From NCBI GenBank assembly GCA_003660975.1, contig QMVG01000001.1, positions 32,001 through 96,000 on the forward strand: a DNA stretch of 64,000 nt, given 5' to 3'. This stretch comes from Candidatus Micrarchaeota archaeon. Its GTDB lineage: Archaea; B1Sed10-29; B47-G15. Below, one piece after another: positions 44,981-53,600 of the stretch. The first letter of the stretch is position 1; the number at the start of each line of letters is the position of its first letter. The translations under genes and the position numbers were made by a program. The notes beneath the pieces were generated by a model that did not search any database, was not told the origin of the DNA, and worked only from the letters and a program-made list of their open reading frames with translations.

Positions 44981-46207
44981 ATGAAGATAAAAGTTATGCT
45001 TATTTCTGTGCTTCTTCTTGCATCTGCTTACGCTATAGGCATAAGCATAAGCCCTGTTGATCACACGATGCGAAATGTGTTAAAGGGCGAGAGAAGTTTT
45101 ATTGAGTATTATATAGGAAACCAAAACCCGTACAATATAACTGTTTCTGTTGAAGTAAGGGGAGAAATTGCAGATTTTTGTTATGCAAACCAAAGCCAGC
45201 TTGTGATAGCTCCAAAAGACATTGGCAAAGTGAAAATTATAATAAACCCGAGCAATGAGACTGCTTCTGGCCTATATAAAGGAGAGGTCTCTGTGGCAAT
45301 TAAAGAGATTGGAAAAGAAAAAAACAAAAGCGCTGGGAGTGGGGCCTCTATAAAGCTCGCAGCCACATCACGCCTTAACATTGAAATAACAGGTGAAGAA
45401 ATTAAAAGAATGGATTTTGCCGCAGGGATTCGCTTAAGCCAAACAGAGTTCCCATTACCTGCCTTGCTGGAATTTACAACAAAAAATACAGGCAATGTGA
45501 GGATCAAGCCATATATAATTTTAGAGGTATATAGCATAGACCCCTTTACCCTAGGTCCAGGGCGCTTGGTGAAAACATACAGTTTTGAAGCCGATATGAT
45601 AATGCCCCAGGAGGGAAAGAGAATAAGCAAAAAAATAGACATAAGCGACTTGCAGGCCAAAAACTATTCTTGCATTTTGAGGATTTATCCAGACATTATG
45701 TCATATAGGACAGGTGAAAAAGCTGCCATGGAGCTGTCGCTGTCTCTCATCATATACCCTAGGGGAACATTCAGCATCATAGGAAAGCTTAGCAATTTAG
45801 AGATAATTGCTTCTGATGTAGGCAACCCAATGAAGATAAGCGCTGATTTTGAAAATCTTGGAAAGCAAATACTGGATGCAAAACTGGTAGCAGAAATATA
45901 TTTCAACGATGTACTAAAAGCAGTTGTTGAAAGCAAAGCCCTTGAATCAAGGCCTGAAGAAAAGATCAAGCTCATTGCTTATTATACTCCTGACAAGGCA
46001 GGATTATTTAAGATAAAAGCATATGCATTGTATGGTATTAAGCAGAGCAATGTTGTTGAAAAAGAGGTTTACGTTGGCGGTAGGGAAAACATTATCTTCT
46101 ACACAGGTATTGTGCTGGCTTTGGCTGTAGTTTTTATATTTCTATATAAATTACTGGTAAAAAAAAGAGAGACAAGTAAAAAGAGCAGAAAGCCTAAAAA
46201 ACATTAA
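44981..46207 (+). CDS. C-terminally anchored multi-Ig protein, partner 2 (paralog of 42720)
   Basis: Shares LKG, GNxNP, YKG, TGEE, NTGNV, GEKA, YYTP with 42720; TM plus basic tail. Confidence 0.75.
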   Translation: MKIKVMLISVLLLASAYAIGISISPVDHTMRNVLKGERSFIEYYIGNQNPYNITVSVEVRGEIADFCYANQSQLVIAPKDIGKVKIIINPSNETASGLYKGEVSVAIKEIGKEKNKSAGSGASIKLAATSRLNIEITGEEIKRMDFAAGIRLSQTEFPLPALLEFTTKNTGNVRIKPYIILEVYSIDPFTLGPGRLVKTYSFEADMIMPQEGKRISKKIDISDLQAKNYSCILRIYPDIMSYRTGEKAAMELSLSLIIYPRGTFSIIGKLSNLEIIASDVGNPMKISADFENLGKQILDAKLVAEIYFNDVLKAVVESKALESRPEEKIKLIAYYTPDKAGLFKIKAYALYGIKQSNVVEKEVYVGGRENIIFYTGIVLALAVVFIFLYKLLVKKRETSKKSRKPKKH

Positions 46208-46223
46208 CTGTTTAAAAAGCACT

Positions 46224-48203
46224 ATGTATGAAAAAATTGTTTTCATATTTCTTTTTATTACAATTGCTTTTAGCACATCTTATGCCTCTGTTTTACCTTC
46301 ATATGTAGATATCTTGGCAAAGCCATATTGTACTATAGTGCAGAACCCTTCTGTGTTATACATTAATGGAAATCCAGGTAATGCCCGTTCAGGGATAATT
46401 ACCTTCTCTTCACATGGCCCGTGCTTAAACCCTTCTGTAATAAATTTAAGCACATCCAGTCCTGGTTGGGGCCCTATAACACTTAACCAGAGCAATCTAA
46501 CAATATCTGCTGGTGAGGAAAAAAATATCTCCTACTCATTTACTGTTCCAGATGTGGGCAATTGGATAGGTTATATCTATGGTAACGAAAGCAGACCTGG
46601 GGGAAACAGGACAAACACAACCATATATGTAACATCTACTGCACCATCGCCACCGTCAGGAGGCGGTGGAGGGGGCGGAGGAGCTGCTGCTCCCTCAAAA
46701 CCAAAGTATGCAGTAAAGATAGTCTCGATAATTCCTTCAACAGTCACTGTAAATTCAGGCGAAGCCTTCCAAACAGTTGTAAGTGTTGAGAACATTGGGA
46801 AGAAAAACTTAAGCTCACTCATTTTTAACATTCAAAACCTTCCATATGGTTGGGAAGGAGATAGCATAAATGTTGGAGACCTTGCTGTTGGTGAAAAAAA
46901 AGACTTTAAGGTTTATATAAGAAGTTATCCCACAGCAAAAGGAAACTATACGCTATTGTTCTATGTTGGTAATGATGAAGCAGAGGATACAGATGAAATG
47001 CACGTTATTGTCAAGGAAAGTAAAGTTCCAAATGTGCAGATAGAAATAAAAACAGACAAGGAAAAATATGTTGCCAATGAAAGTATGAAAATAAACATAA
47101 CGTTCAAAAACATTGCTGCTGTTGCTGTTGAGGATGGCAATATAACAGTAAGCTTTGCTGATGAAGTGATAAGACAACTAAAACACATAACACTGAGACA
47201 GGACGGGCAACTGTTTTTACCCATCACACACAAAGCAGGAGAGAGCGGTAGGAAGGAAATAAAAGCATGCATAGCGGATGAGACGAGCGGTTACAAAAGC
47301 TGTGCATTGAAAAGCATTGAAATTTTGGAAAATCCAATGCCAGTGATTTCCAAGCATGCATTGAAGGAGATAAACGGGACTGTGAGCAAGGTCATTGTAA
47401 CAATAACAATAAGTAATAAATGGAAAGCATTTAGAAATATCTCTGTTGTGGACAACATTCCGAAATCTCTGGCACATTCTGCTGATGAGATTCATTTCAT
47501 AACGACTTACAATAGCATAATAAATCCAGACCCCACTGTCCTGTGGCTTATAGATTCTTTGGAACCTTGGCAAACAGCAGTCATAGGTTATGAAATAAAA
47601 AGACCCACTGAAGAAATATTGGGGATAGAAAGCCTTCCTGCGGTGAATGTCTCTCTTTTTGACCCTGTTGAGGGCAGGAAAGTTTTCACAAATGCCACTG
47701 CGATAATATCTGTAGAGTATACTGGCATAGTCACTGTTTGCTATCCGAACAGGGACTTGCCATTGCTGATAATGAGCGTGATAATCCTACTAATACTATT
47801 GGGCTTGAAGGTTTTCAAGTTCCACACCTATTATGAATTAATAATTCCAATTCCATTATTTGTTTCAATTCTGCTTATTCTTATGAACACCTGTATGTTC
47901 TGGGCTTTCCTAATCGTATTGGTCGCGTCAGTTATATTCTTGGTCTACCAGATAATCCTCAAGTATGTAATGCACAAGGAAAAACCAGACGAAATTATAA
48001 GGAAATACAATGAATACATGGAAGCTGTTGGAAAACTGGAGAGATTAAGGAGAGAATATGAAGAGCAGATTCAAAGCGCGATAGAAGCTGTTAAGAAGGC
48101 CAAACAAAAGCAGATAGATGAAACGAGGATTAAAGCACTGCTGGAAAGTTCTGGCTTTACAAAGGACGAGATAGAAAGAATTTTAAGTGAAGCAAATAAA
48201 TAA
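46224..48203 (+). CDS. Cell-surface protein: Ig/CARDB-like domains, Pro/Gly linker, 3 TM, cytoplasmic coiled coil
   Basis: Signal peptide; SPPSGGGGGGGAAAP linker; VENIG CARDB-like motif; C-terminal helical module. Confidence 0.75.
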   Translation: MYEKIVFIFLFITIAFSTSYASVLPSYVDILAKPYCTIVQNPSVLYINGNPGNARSGIITFSSHGPCLNPSVINLSTSSPGWGPITLNQSNLTISAGEEKNISYSFTVPDVGNWIGYIYGNESRPGGNRTNTTIYVTSTAPSPPSGGGGGGGGAAAPSKPKYAVKIVSIIPSTVTVNSGEAFQTVVSVENIGKKNLSSLIFNIQNLPYGWEGDSINVGDLAVGEKKDFKVYIRSYPTAKGNYTLLFYVGNDEAEDTDEMHVIVKESKVPNVQIEIKTDKEKYVANESMKINITFKNIAAVAVEDGNITVSFADEVIRQLKHITLRQDGQLFLPITHKAGESGRKEIKACIADETSGYKSCALKSIEILENPMPVISKHALKEINGTVSKVIVTITISNKWKAFRNISVVDNIPKSLAHSADEIHFITTYNSIINPDPTVLWLIDSLEPWQTAVIGYEIKRPTEEILGIESLPAVNVSLFDPVEGRKVFTNATAIISVEYTGIVTVCYPNRDLPLLIMSVIILLILLGLKVFKFHTYYELIIPIPLFVSILLILMNTCMFWAFLIVLVASVIFLVYQIILKYVMHKEKPDEIIRKYNEYMEAVGKLERLRREYEEQIQSAIEAVKKAKQKQIDETRIKALLESSGFTKDEIERILSEANK

Positions 48204-48232
48204 AAAGTTAAAAACAGAAAAGAATAGGACAT

Positions 48233-48304
48233 GCCTCAGTAGCACAGCGGTAGTGCGGCCGCCTTGTAAGCGGCAGGTCGAGGGTTCGAATCCCTCCTGA
48301 GGCT
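48233..48304 (+). tRNA. tRNA-Thr(TGT)
   Basis: Acceptor GCCTCAG/CTGAGGC; anticodon arm GCCGC-CTTGTAA-GCGGC. Confidence 0.95.
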
Positions 48305-48401
48305 TTTATGGCCGGAGGCCATAACTTTGAGGCTTCAGTTTCGCTTAAGCATTTACCATAGGCAATAACAGAAAAGGCTTAAATCTCTCCTGAGGCTTTT
48401 A
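48305..48401 (+). repeat. tRNA-3'-associated palindromic element, copy 3, plus duplicate of the tRNA-Thr 3' end
   Basis: TTATGGCC-GGA-GGCCATAA; TTAAGCATTT(48345-54)/AAAGGCTTAA(48373-82); 48382-401 matches 48289-308 at 19/20. Confidence 0.85.
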
Positions 48402-48538
48402 ACTATATCTATAAAGCCCCAAACCATAAATGGGCCTTTCAGCAGAGGTTCTGAGCTCTGATTGGACAAAACATGACTACAAAGCCAACAACCAAAAGGC
48501 TTTTAAATTACAATCTTTTTTAATATATGCATAGTATC

Positions 48539-48574
48539 CCCGTGTTTGCCTGGGGCAACCCGGGCAACCACGGG
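48539..48574 (+). other. Strong GNRA-tetraloop hairpin upstream of the NYN gene
   Basis: CCCGTG-T-TTGCCTGGG-GCAA-CCCGGGCAA-C-CACGGG: 15 pairs including one G-U, one mismatch. Confidence 0.7.
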
Positions 48575-48581
48575 CTGTTTG

Positions 48582-49235
48582 GTGATTGGTATCAAACCAT
48601 CCGCAATCCTGTTGATAGACTCTTCTAATTTTTATCATTCACTCAAAGAACAGAATGACCTCCCTTTTGATGCAGAACAGTTTGCTTTGTTAGTTAAAGA
48701 GCTAAATAAAAAATTTGATCTAAAAAAAATTAATTTTTATGATGCTATGAAAAACCGTGCTAAGGACCCAATAGGTTACTCAAAACAACAACGCTTCCAT
48801 AGCCGTTTGAGGAAAGCAATTCCGAATATCGAGATAAAACACTTAAAACTGAGGTATGTTAGAAGCATAAGTAAAGAAGAGGCATTCAAAATCTCTAAAG
48901 AAATTGGGATTCCATCAAATCTCAAAGACAAGCTTTATTTATTCCTAAAGAAGCTTGGGGTAGTAAAACTTACTAGAGAAAAAGGTTTAGATGTTTTAAT
49001 AGTTATAGATGCTTTGGAAGCGCACAGAAGTGGAAAATATGACAATATAATCCTCTTATCTGGGGATTCTGACTTTGTTCCAGCAGTCAAATTCATGCAA
49101 AATGATGGAGCCAAAGTCATCAATTTACATGCTTATTCCGGTAGCTCGAATGAATTAAGGGAGACTTGCTCTAGTCACATACTCATAGACATTGACGCTA
49201 ATGGGAGTGTCAACCTGAAAAGCTACAAGACATAA
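48582..49235 (+). CDS. NYN domain (LabA/DUF88, PIN-like) predicted ribonuclease
   Basis: LLIDSSN, EKGLDV, LLSGDSDFVP acidic motifs; start uncertain (GTG 48582 or TTG 48546). Confidence 0.88.
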   Translation: MIGIKPSAILLIDSSNFYHSLKEQNDLPFDAEQFALLVKELNKKFDLKKINFYDAMKNRAKDPIGYSKQQRFHSRLRKAIPNIEIKHLKLRYVRSISKEEAFKISKEIGIPSNLKDKLYLFLKKLGVVKLTREKGLDVLIVIDALEAHRSGKYDNIILLSGDSDFVPAVKFMQNDGAKVINLHAYSGSSNELRETCSSHILIDIDANGSVNLKSYKT

Positions 49236-49299
49236 TTTTTTTAGTGAAAAAGTAAGAACCTTAAACATTGTACGCTTCATTTCCTAAAAACTATATATG

Positions 49300-49321
49300 T
49301 TTTATGGCCGAAGGCCATAAC
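49300..49321. repeat. Second copy of the TTATGGCC-GNA-GGCCATAA hairpin (possible bidirectional terminator)
   Basis: TTTTATGGCCGAAGGCCATAAC matches 48304-48325 at 21/22; lies between convergent NYN and acs genes. Confidence 0.8.
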
Positions 49322-49325
49322 CTGA

Positions 49326-51065
49326 TTACTCATCAGCCAGTGTTGACAAGTCGCCTGTTGGAAGACCGAGTTCTTTTGCTTTCAACACGCGCCTCATTAT
49401 TTTTCCTGACCTGGTCTTGGGCAGCTTGTCTATAAATTCTATTTCCTTTGGTGCTGCATGTGCTGCCATGTGGGTCTTAACAAATGCCATAAGTTCTTTT
49501 TTCAGCTCTTCGCTTGCCTCATAGCCCTTGTTTAAAACAACGAAAGCCTTTATTATTTCTCCTTTTATTGGGTCTGGCTTTCCTATAACACCTGCCTCGG
49601 CTACAGCAGGGTGCTCTATCAAGGCACTCTCAACCTCAAAAGGACCTACTCGCTCCCCAGCAGTATTTATGATATCATCAACCCTGCCCTGAAACCAAAA
49701 GTAGCCTTCTTCATCCATATACGCACTATCTCCAGAAACATACCAATCAGCTATGAAGTAGTTCTTAAAACGCTCTTCGTTGTTCCATATGGTTTTCATC
49801 ATACTTGGCCAACCTCTTTTCAAGGCCAGGTTTCCTATTGTTAAAGGGGGCAATTCATTTCCGCTGTCATCTATTATAGCTGCTTTTATCCCTGGGAATG
49901 GCTTTCCCATAGAGCCTGGCTTTATAGGCATTGATGGGTAATTGCAAATCATTTGTGAACCTGTTTCAGTCATCCACCACGTGTCGTGAATGGGCAATCC
50001 CCAGACCTTCATGGCCCACCTTATCACTTCTGGATTCAGAGGTTCTCCAACAGAATATATCAAACGCAGAGAGGAGAAATCATACTTAGCAACCTTTTCA
50101 TCTCCTGCGGCCATCAGCAACCTAAAGGCTGTTGGGGCGCTGTACCACACGGTTACTTTATATTTCTCTATTGTGCTATACCATGCATCAACGTTGAATC
50201 TTCCTCCACGTATGACAGAGCTAATTCCATTGAGCCATGGGCCATACATACCATAGGAAGTTCCTGTAACCCAGCCTGGGTCAGCAGTGCACCAGTAAAT
50301 ATCTTCATCATGTAAGTCCAAAACCCACTTTGCAGTTATGTAATGAGAAATCATCGCTCTCTGTGCATGTAAGACTCCTTTCGGTTTTCCAGTTGAACCA
50401 GAGGTATAATGCAAAATGAGAGGGTCTTCAAGATCAAGCCAAACAATGTTAAAATCATCAGGTGCATCTTCCATCTCTGCTTTATAGTTAATCTCATTGT
50501 CTTCTATCTCCTCTTCATCACCCACCATAAAAACATATCTCAAGTCAGGTAACTTTTCCCTGGGAATCCTCTTTCTCATTTTTGGGATGCTGATTATTGC
50601 AATTGCTCCTGCGTCGAGCATCCTGTCCTTCACTGCCTCCTCCATAAAAGCTTCAAAAAGAGGCATTGGTATTGCTCCTATCTTATGGATTCCCATAAAA
50701 GCAACATAGAGCTCGGGGCTGCGAGGCATAAAAACAGCAACCCTATCTCCCTTTTTTATTCCATACTTTTTCAACACATTTGCAAACTTGTTCGATAGGA
50801 GGGATAAATCTCTGAAGCTGTATGACTCTTCTCTCTTATCTGAAGTGTAGTAAAGGGCTATTTTGCTGCCATCCTTATTTGCGTGCTTGTCTATTGCTTC
50901 ATAAGCCATATTTACTTTTCCTGTCTTATACCATGAGAAATCTTTTTTAATTTCTTCCCAATCAAAGTCTTTATACGCTCTCTCATAGTCCTCCATATGT
51001 GGTTTCAGTCTAAGCATTTCCTCTGTCTTGAATATCTTCTCAACCTCGTGAGCAGCTTTTTCCAT
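49326..51065 (-). CDS. acsA: AMP-forming acetate--CoA ligase
   Basis: YTSGSTGKPKG, DTWWMTETG, GRVDD, PKTRSGKIMRR; GGTGAT SD before ATG 51065. Confidence 0.93.
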   Translation of the reverse strand: MEKAAHEVEKIFKTEEMLRLKPHMEDYERAYKDFDWEEIKKDFSWYKTGKVNMAYEAIDKHANKDGSKIALYYTSDKREESYSFRDLSLLSNKFANVLKKYGIKKGDRVAVFMPRSPELYVAFMGIHKIGAIPMPLFEAFMEEAVKDRMLDAGAIAIISIPKMRKRIPREKLPDLRYVFMVGDEEEIEDNEINYKAEMEDAPDDFNIVWLDLEDPLILHYTSGSTGKPKGVLHAQRAMISHYITAKWVLDLHDEDIYWCTADPGWVTGTSYGMYGPWLNGISSVIRGGRFNVDAWYSTIEKYKVTVWYSAPTAFRLLMAAGDEKVAKYDFSSLRLIYSVGEPLNPEVIRWAMKVWGLPIHDTWWMTETGSQMICNYPSMPIKPGSMGKPFPGIKAAIIDDSGNELPPLTIGNLALKRGWPSMMKTIWNNEERFKNYFIADWYVSGDSAYMDEEGYFWFQGRVDDIINTAGERVGPFEVESALIEHPAVAEAGVIGKPDPIKGEIIKAFVVLNKGYEASEELKKELMAFVKTHMAAHAAPKEIEFIDKLPKTRSGKIMRRVLKAKELGLPTGDLSTLADE

Positions 51066-51162
51066 CCCATCACCTTCAAAGTAATGTCTATATCTTGCCA
51101 ATTCCAAATATTTAAATATGTCATTTGAACAGTATATTAGAACGTTGAAAGAGGTTGATTTT

Positions 51163-51498
51163 ATGATAAGAATATATAAAATAAATGCTGATAGGAAATC
51201 AGAAGTAAAGAAAATTCTTGAAACACCTGACCACGTAGAAAATGGAAAGATGGTTATAAATGAATTTGCTAGGAATGGCTATGAGTTCAGAGATGCATCT
51301 GGTCTCGGCCTGAACGAAGACGCAGCGTATCTTTACATAGACGCAGACGAATCCTTCTTTGAAAGAAATGAAAAATTAATTATGCTTGAAGGCGTAAAGA
51401 AATTGGAAGGAGAGGAGTTCAACAAAATAAAGGACATATTTGAACAGCAGTCTAATAGTGTTGCTGCTGGTGTTGGAGCTATCTTTGGGGACATGTGA
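51163..51498 (+). CDS. Hypothetical protein
   Basis: GAGGT SD before ATG 51163; acidic, 111 aa. Confidence 0.7.
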   Translation: MIRIYKINADRKSEVKKILETPDHVENGKMVINEFARNGYEFRDASGLGLNEDAAYLYIDADESFFERNEKLIMLEGVKKLEGEEFNKIKDIFEQQSNSVAAGVGAIFGDM

Positions 51499-51573
51499 GG
51501 GCCCGTGGGCTAGTCTGGTCTATGCTTGGGGCTTCGGGAGTCCCAGACCTGAGTTCAAATCTCGGCGGGCCCA
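51499..51573 (+). tRNA. tRNA-Pro(CGG)
   Basis: Acceptor GGGCCCG/CGGGCCC; anticodon arm GGGGC-TTCGGGA-GTCCC. Confidence 0.92.
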
Positions 51574-51580
51574 TATCCCC

Positions 51581-51597
51581 AAAAGCATTTTTAAATA
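51581..51597 (+). promoter_or_regulatory. BRE-TATA-like promoter for tRNA-Tyr/tRNA-Asp
   Basis: AAAAGCATTTTTAAATA ending 21 nt before the tRNA-Tyr start. Confidence 0.55.
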
Positions 51598-51618
51598 AAA
51601 AACGCTAAATAGAATAGC

Positions 51619-51711
51619 CCCGTGGTAGCATAGTGGTAGTGCGCCCGGCTGTAGTTCTCTGCCAAGTGAGCAGTCACCGGGAGATCGCCGGTTCAAATCC
51701 GGCCCACGGGA
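51619..51711 (+). tRNA. tRNA-Tyr(GTA) with a 21-nt canonical intron (51655-51675)
   Basis: Acceptor CCCGTGG/CCACGGG; CCCGG-CTGTAG-[intron]-A-CCGGG; bulge-helix-bulge with CUGU/GCAG central helix. Confidence 0.92.
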
Positions 51712-51713
51712 TT

Positions 51714-51786
51714 GCCCCGGTAGTCTAGTGGTCTAGGATTCGGCCCTGTCGAGGCCGAGACCCGGGTTCAAATCCCGGCTGGGGCG
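51714..51786 (+). tRNA. tRNA-Asp(GTC)
   Basis: Acceptor GCCCCGG/CTGGGGC; anticodon arm CGGCC-CTGTCGA-GGCCG. Confidence 0.95.
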
Positions 51787-51879
51787 TTTGTTTAAAACAT
51801 TAACCGATACGAATAAATATTAGAAAGGAGAAAAAATTTTAGATACCTGATTTTCTCATTTTGTTAGGAAGGGGTCACT

Positions 51880-52113
51880 TTGAAGGAAGAACTTATAATT
51901 GGGCATGAGCTCGTGCCTAAACACGAAATAATGAAAAAAGCAGAAGTAGAGCAATTGTTAAAAAAATACGGTTTAAGTATAGAGCAGTTGCCAAAAATCT
52001 TGGAAGACGACCCTGTTGTGAAGGCAATAGGAGCAAAAAAGGGTCAGGTATTGAGAATCATAAGAAAAAGCCCCACGGCAGGAGAAAGTATCTACTTTCG
52101 CGTTGTAATATAA
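51880..52113 (+). CDS. rpoH: RNA polymerase subunit H (Rpo5)
   Basis: HELVPKHEI, QLPKI..DDPV, RKSPTAG. Confidence 0.97.
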   Translation: MKEELIIGHELVPKHEIMKKAEVEQLLKKYGLSIEQLPKILEDDPVVKAIGAKKGQVLRIIRKSPTAGESIYFRVVI

Positions 52114-52123
52114 GGGTGATAGT

Positions 52124-53596
52124 TTGTACTATTGGGATGTTGTTGACGCGTATTTCAAAGACAGAAGTATAGTAAAGCAGCATATAGACTCATACAACGA
52201 CTTTGTAAATAACAGGATTCATAACATACTGCAGGAAATAGGTGACATAGAAACAAATAAAGAAGGATGTATCTTAAGGCTTTATAAGCTAAGGTTGGAA
52301 AAATCAGTTGTCACAGAGGCAGATGGTTCTAAGAGACCTATACTTCCCCTAGAAGCAAGGTTAAGAAACCTTACATATTATGCCAGTGTCTTTGTCGATA
52401 TGGGCCTCATCGAGGATGGCGTTGAAAAAGACAGAGTGGAGGTTTACATAGGTAGGCTGCCAGTAATGGTAAAAAGTGACCTCTGCCATTTAAGCGGTAT
52501 GACAAGGGATGAATTGATAAAAGCAGGAGAGGACCCTGATGACCCTGGTGGGTACTTCATAATAAACGGTTCAGAGAGAGTATTAATTTCTGTTGAGGAC
52601 TTAGCGCCGAATAGGGTAATAATCTCAAAAGAGAAAAAGAGCGGTAAGGACCTTGTCATAGGAAGGATATTTTCAACACAAGGAGGCTTTAAGGCAAAGA
52701 TAGCTATAGAGAGAAACAGCCAAGGGCAGATATACATAAGTTTTCCTGCGAGCCCGAAAAACCTGAACCTATTTATAGTGTTGAAAGCACTAGGGCTTGA
52801 AACAACAGAAGATATGATAAATGCGCTCCACATAAGAAATGAGGAAGTCATAAATGATATTTTGTTAAACGTTGAGGGAATTGAGGAAGTTACGACAGAG
52901 GAGGCTCTCCAGTATATAGGAAAAAGGGTGGCTGCTGGGCAGCCAGAAGAATACAGACTAAACAGAGCAGAATACATTATTGAAAATTATCTTTTGCCGC
53001 ACATAGGTCTTGAGAAAACAGACAGGATAAAGAAAGCGTATTTCTTGATGAACATGCTTGAAAGGATAATCGCAGTGGCAAAAGGTTATAGAGACGAGGA
53101 AGACAGGGACCATTATGCCAACAAGAGGATAAAGATATCAGGCAATTTGATGGAGGAATTATTCAGATACGCAATGAACTACTTTGTCAAGGACATCAAG
53201 TATCAGGTAGAGAGAGCATATGCCAGAAACAGAAAATTGCAGATAAAAACGTTAGTAAGACCAGATGCACTGTCTGAGAGGATAAGGTTTTCAATGAGCA
53301 CTGGACAGTGGGTTGGAAGAAGGCAGGGTGTGTCTCAACTTTTAGACAGAATGAGCTATATGGCCACCATAAGCCACTTAAGAAGGGTAAACTCCTTGCT
53401 TTCAAAGACACATCCCCACTTTGAGGCCAGAGACTTACATCCAACACATTGGGGAAAGATATGCCCAAATGAGACACCAGAGGGACCTAGCTGCGGTCTT
53501 GTCAAAAACCTTGCAATGGGTTGCACTATTTCAGCAAGGAATATACCAGGTCTTGAGGAAGAACTGAAACAAATGGGAGTTACAATAAAAAGGTGA
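52124..53596 (+). CDS. rpoB2: RNA polymerase subunit B'' (Rpo2N)
   Basis: QHIDSYN, GGYFIINGSER, CPNETPEG. Confidence 0.96.
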   Translation: MYYWDVVDAYFKDRSIVKQHIDSYNDFVNNRIHNILQEIGDIETNKEGCILRLYKLRLEKSVVTEADGSKRPILPLEARLRNLTYYASVFVDMGLIEDGVEKDRVEVYIGRLPVMVKSDLCHLSGMTRDELIKAGEDPDDPGGYFIINGSERVLISVEDLAPNRVIISKEKKSGKDLVIGRIFSTQGGFKAKIAIERNSQGQIYISFPASPKNLNLFIVLKALGLETTEDMINALHIRNEEVINDILLNVEGIEEVTTEEALQYIGKRVAAGQPEEYRLNRAEYIIENYLLPHIGLEKTDRIKKAYFLMNMLERIIAVAKGYRDEEDRDHYANKRIKISGNLMEELFRYAMNYFVKDIKYQVERAYARNRKLQIKTLVRPDALSERIRFSMSTGQWVGRRQGVSQLLDRMSYMATISHLRRVNSLLSKTHPHFEARDLHPTHWGKICPNETPEGPSCGLVKNLAMGCTISARNIPGLEEELKQMGVTIKR

Positions 53597-53600
53597 AATT

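Noticed and set aside
45429-45440. TTCGCTTAAGCC match to the element's left arm
   Set aside because: Inside a coding region, with no right arm and no tRNA nearby; probably chance.
46655-46690. GGN-rich low-complexity tract
   Set aside because: It encodes an ordinary Gly/Pro linker in frame.
23966-48401. One large integrated island bounded by att sites
   Set aside because: Each duplicate matches its adjacent tRNA within 91-173 bp, the intervening DNA is housekeeping, and no integrase is present.
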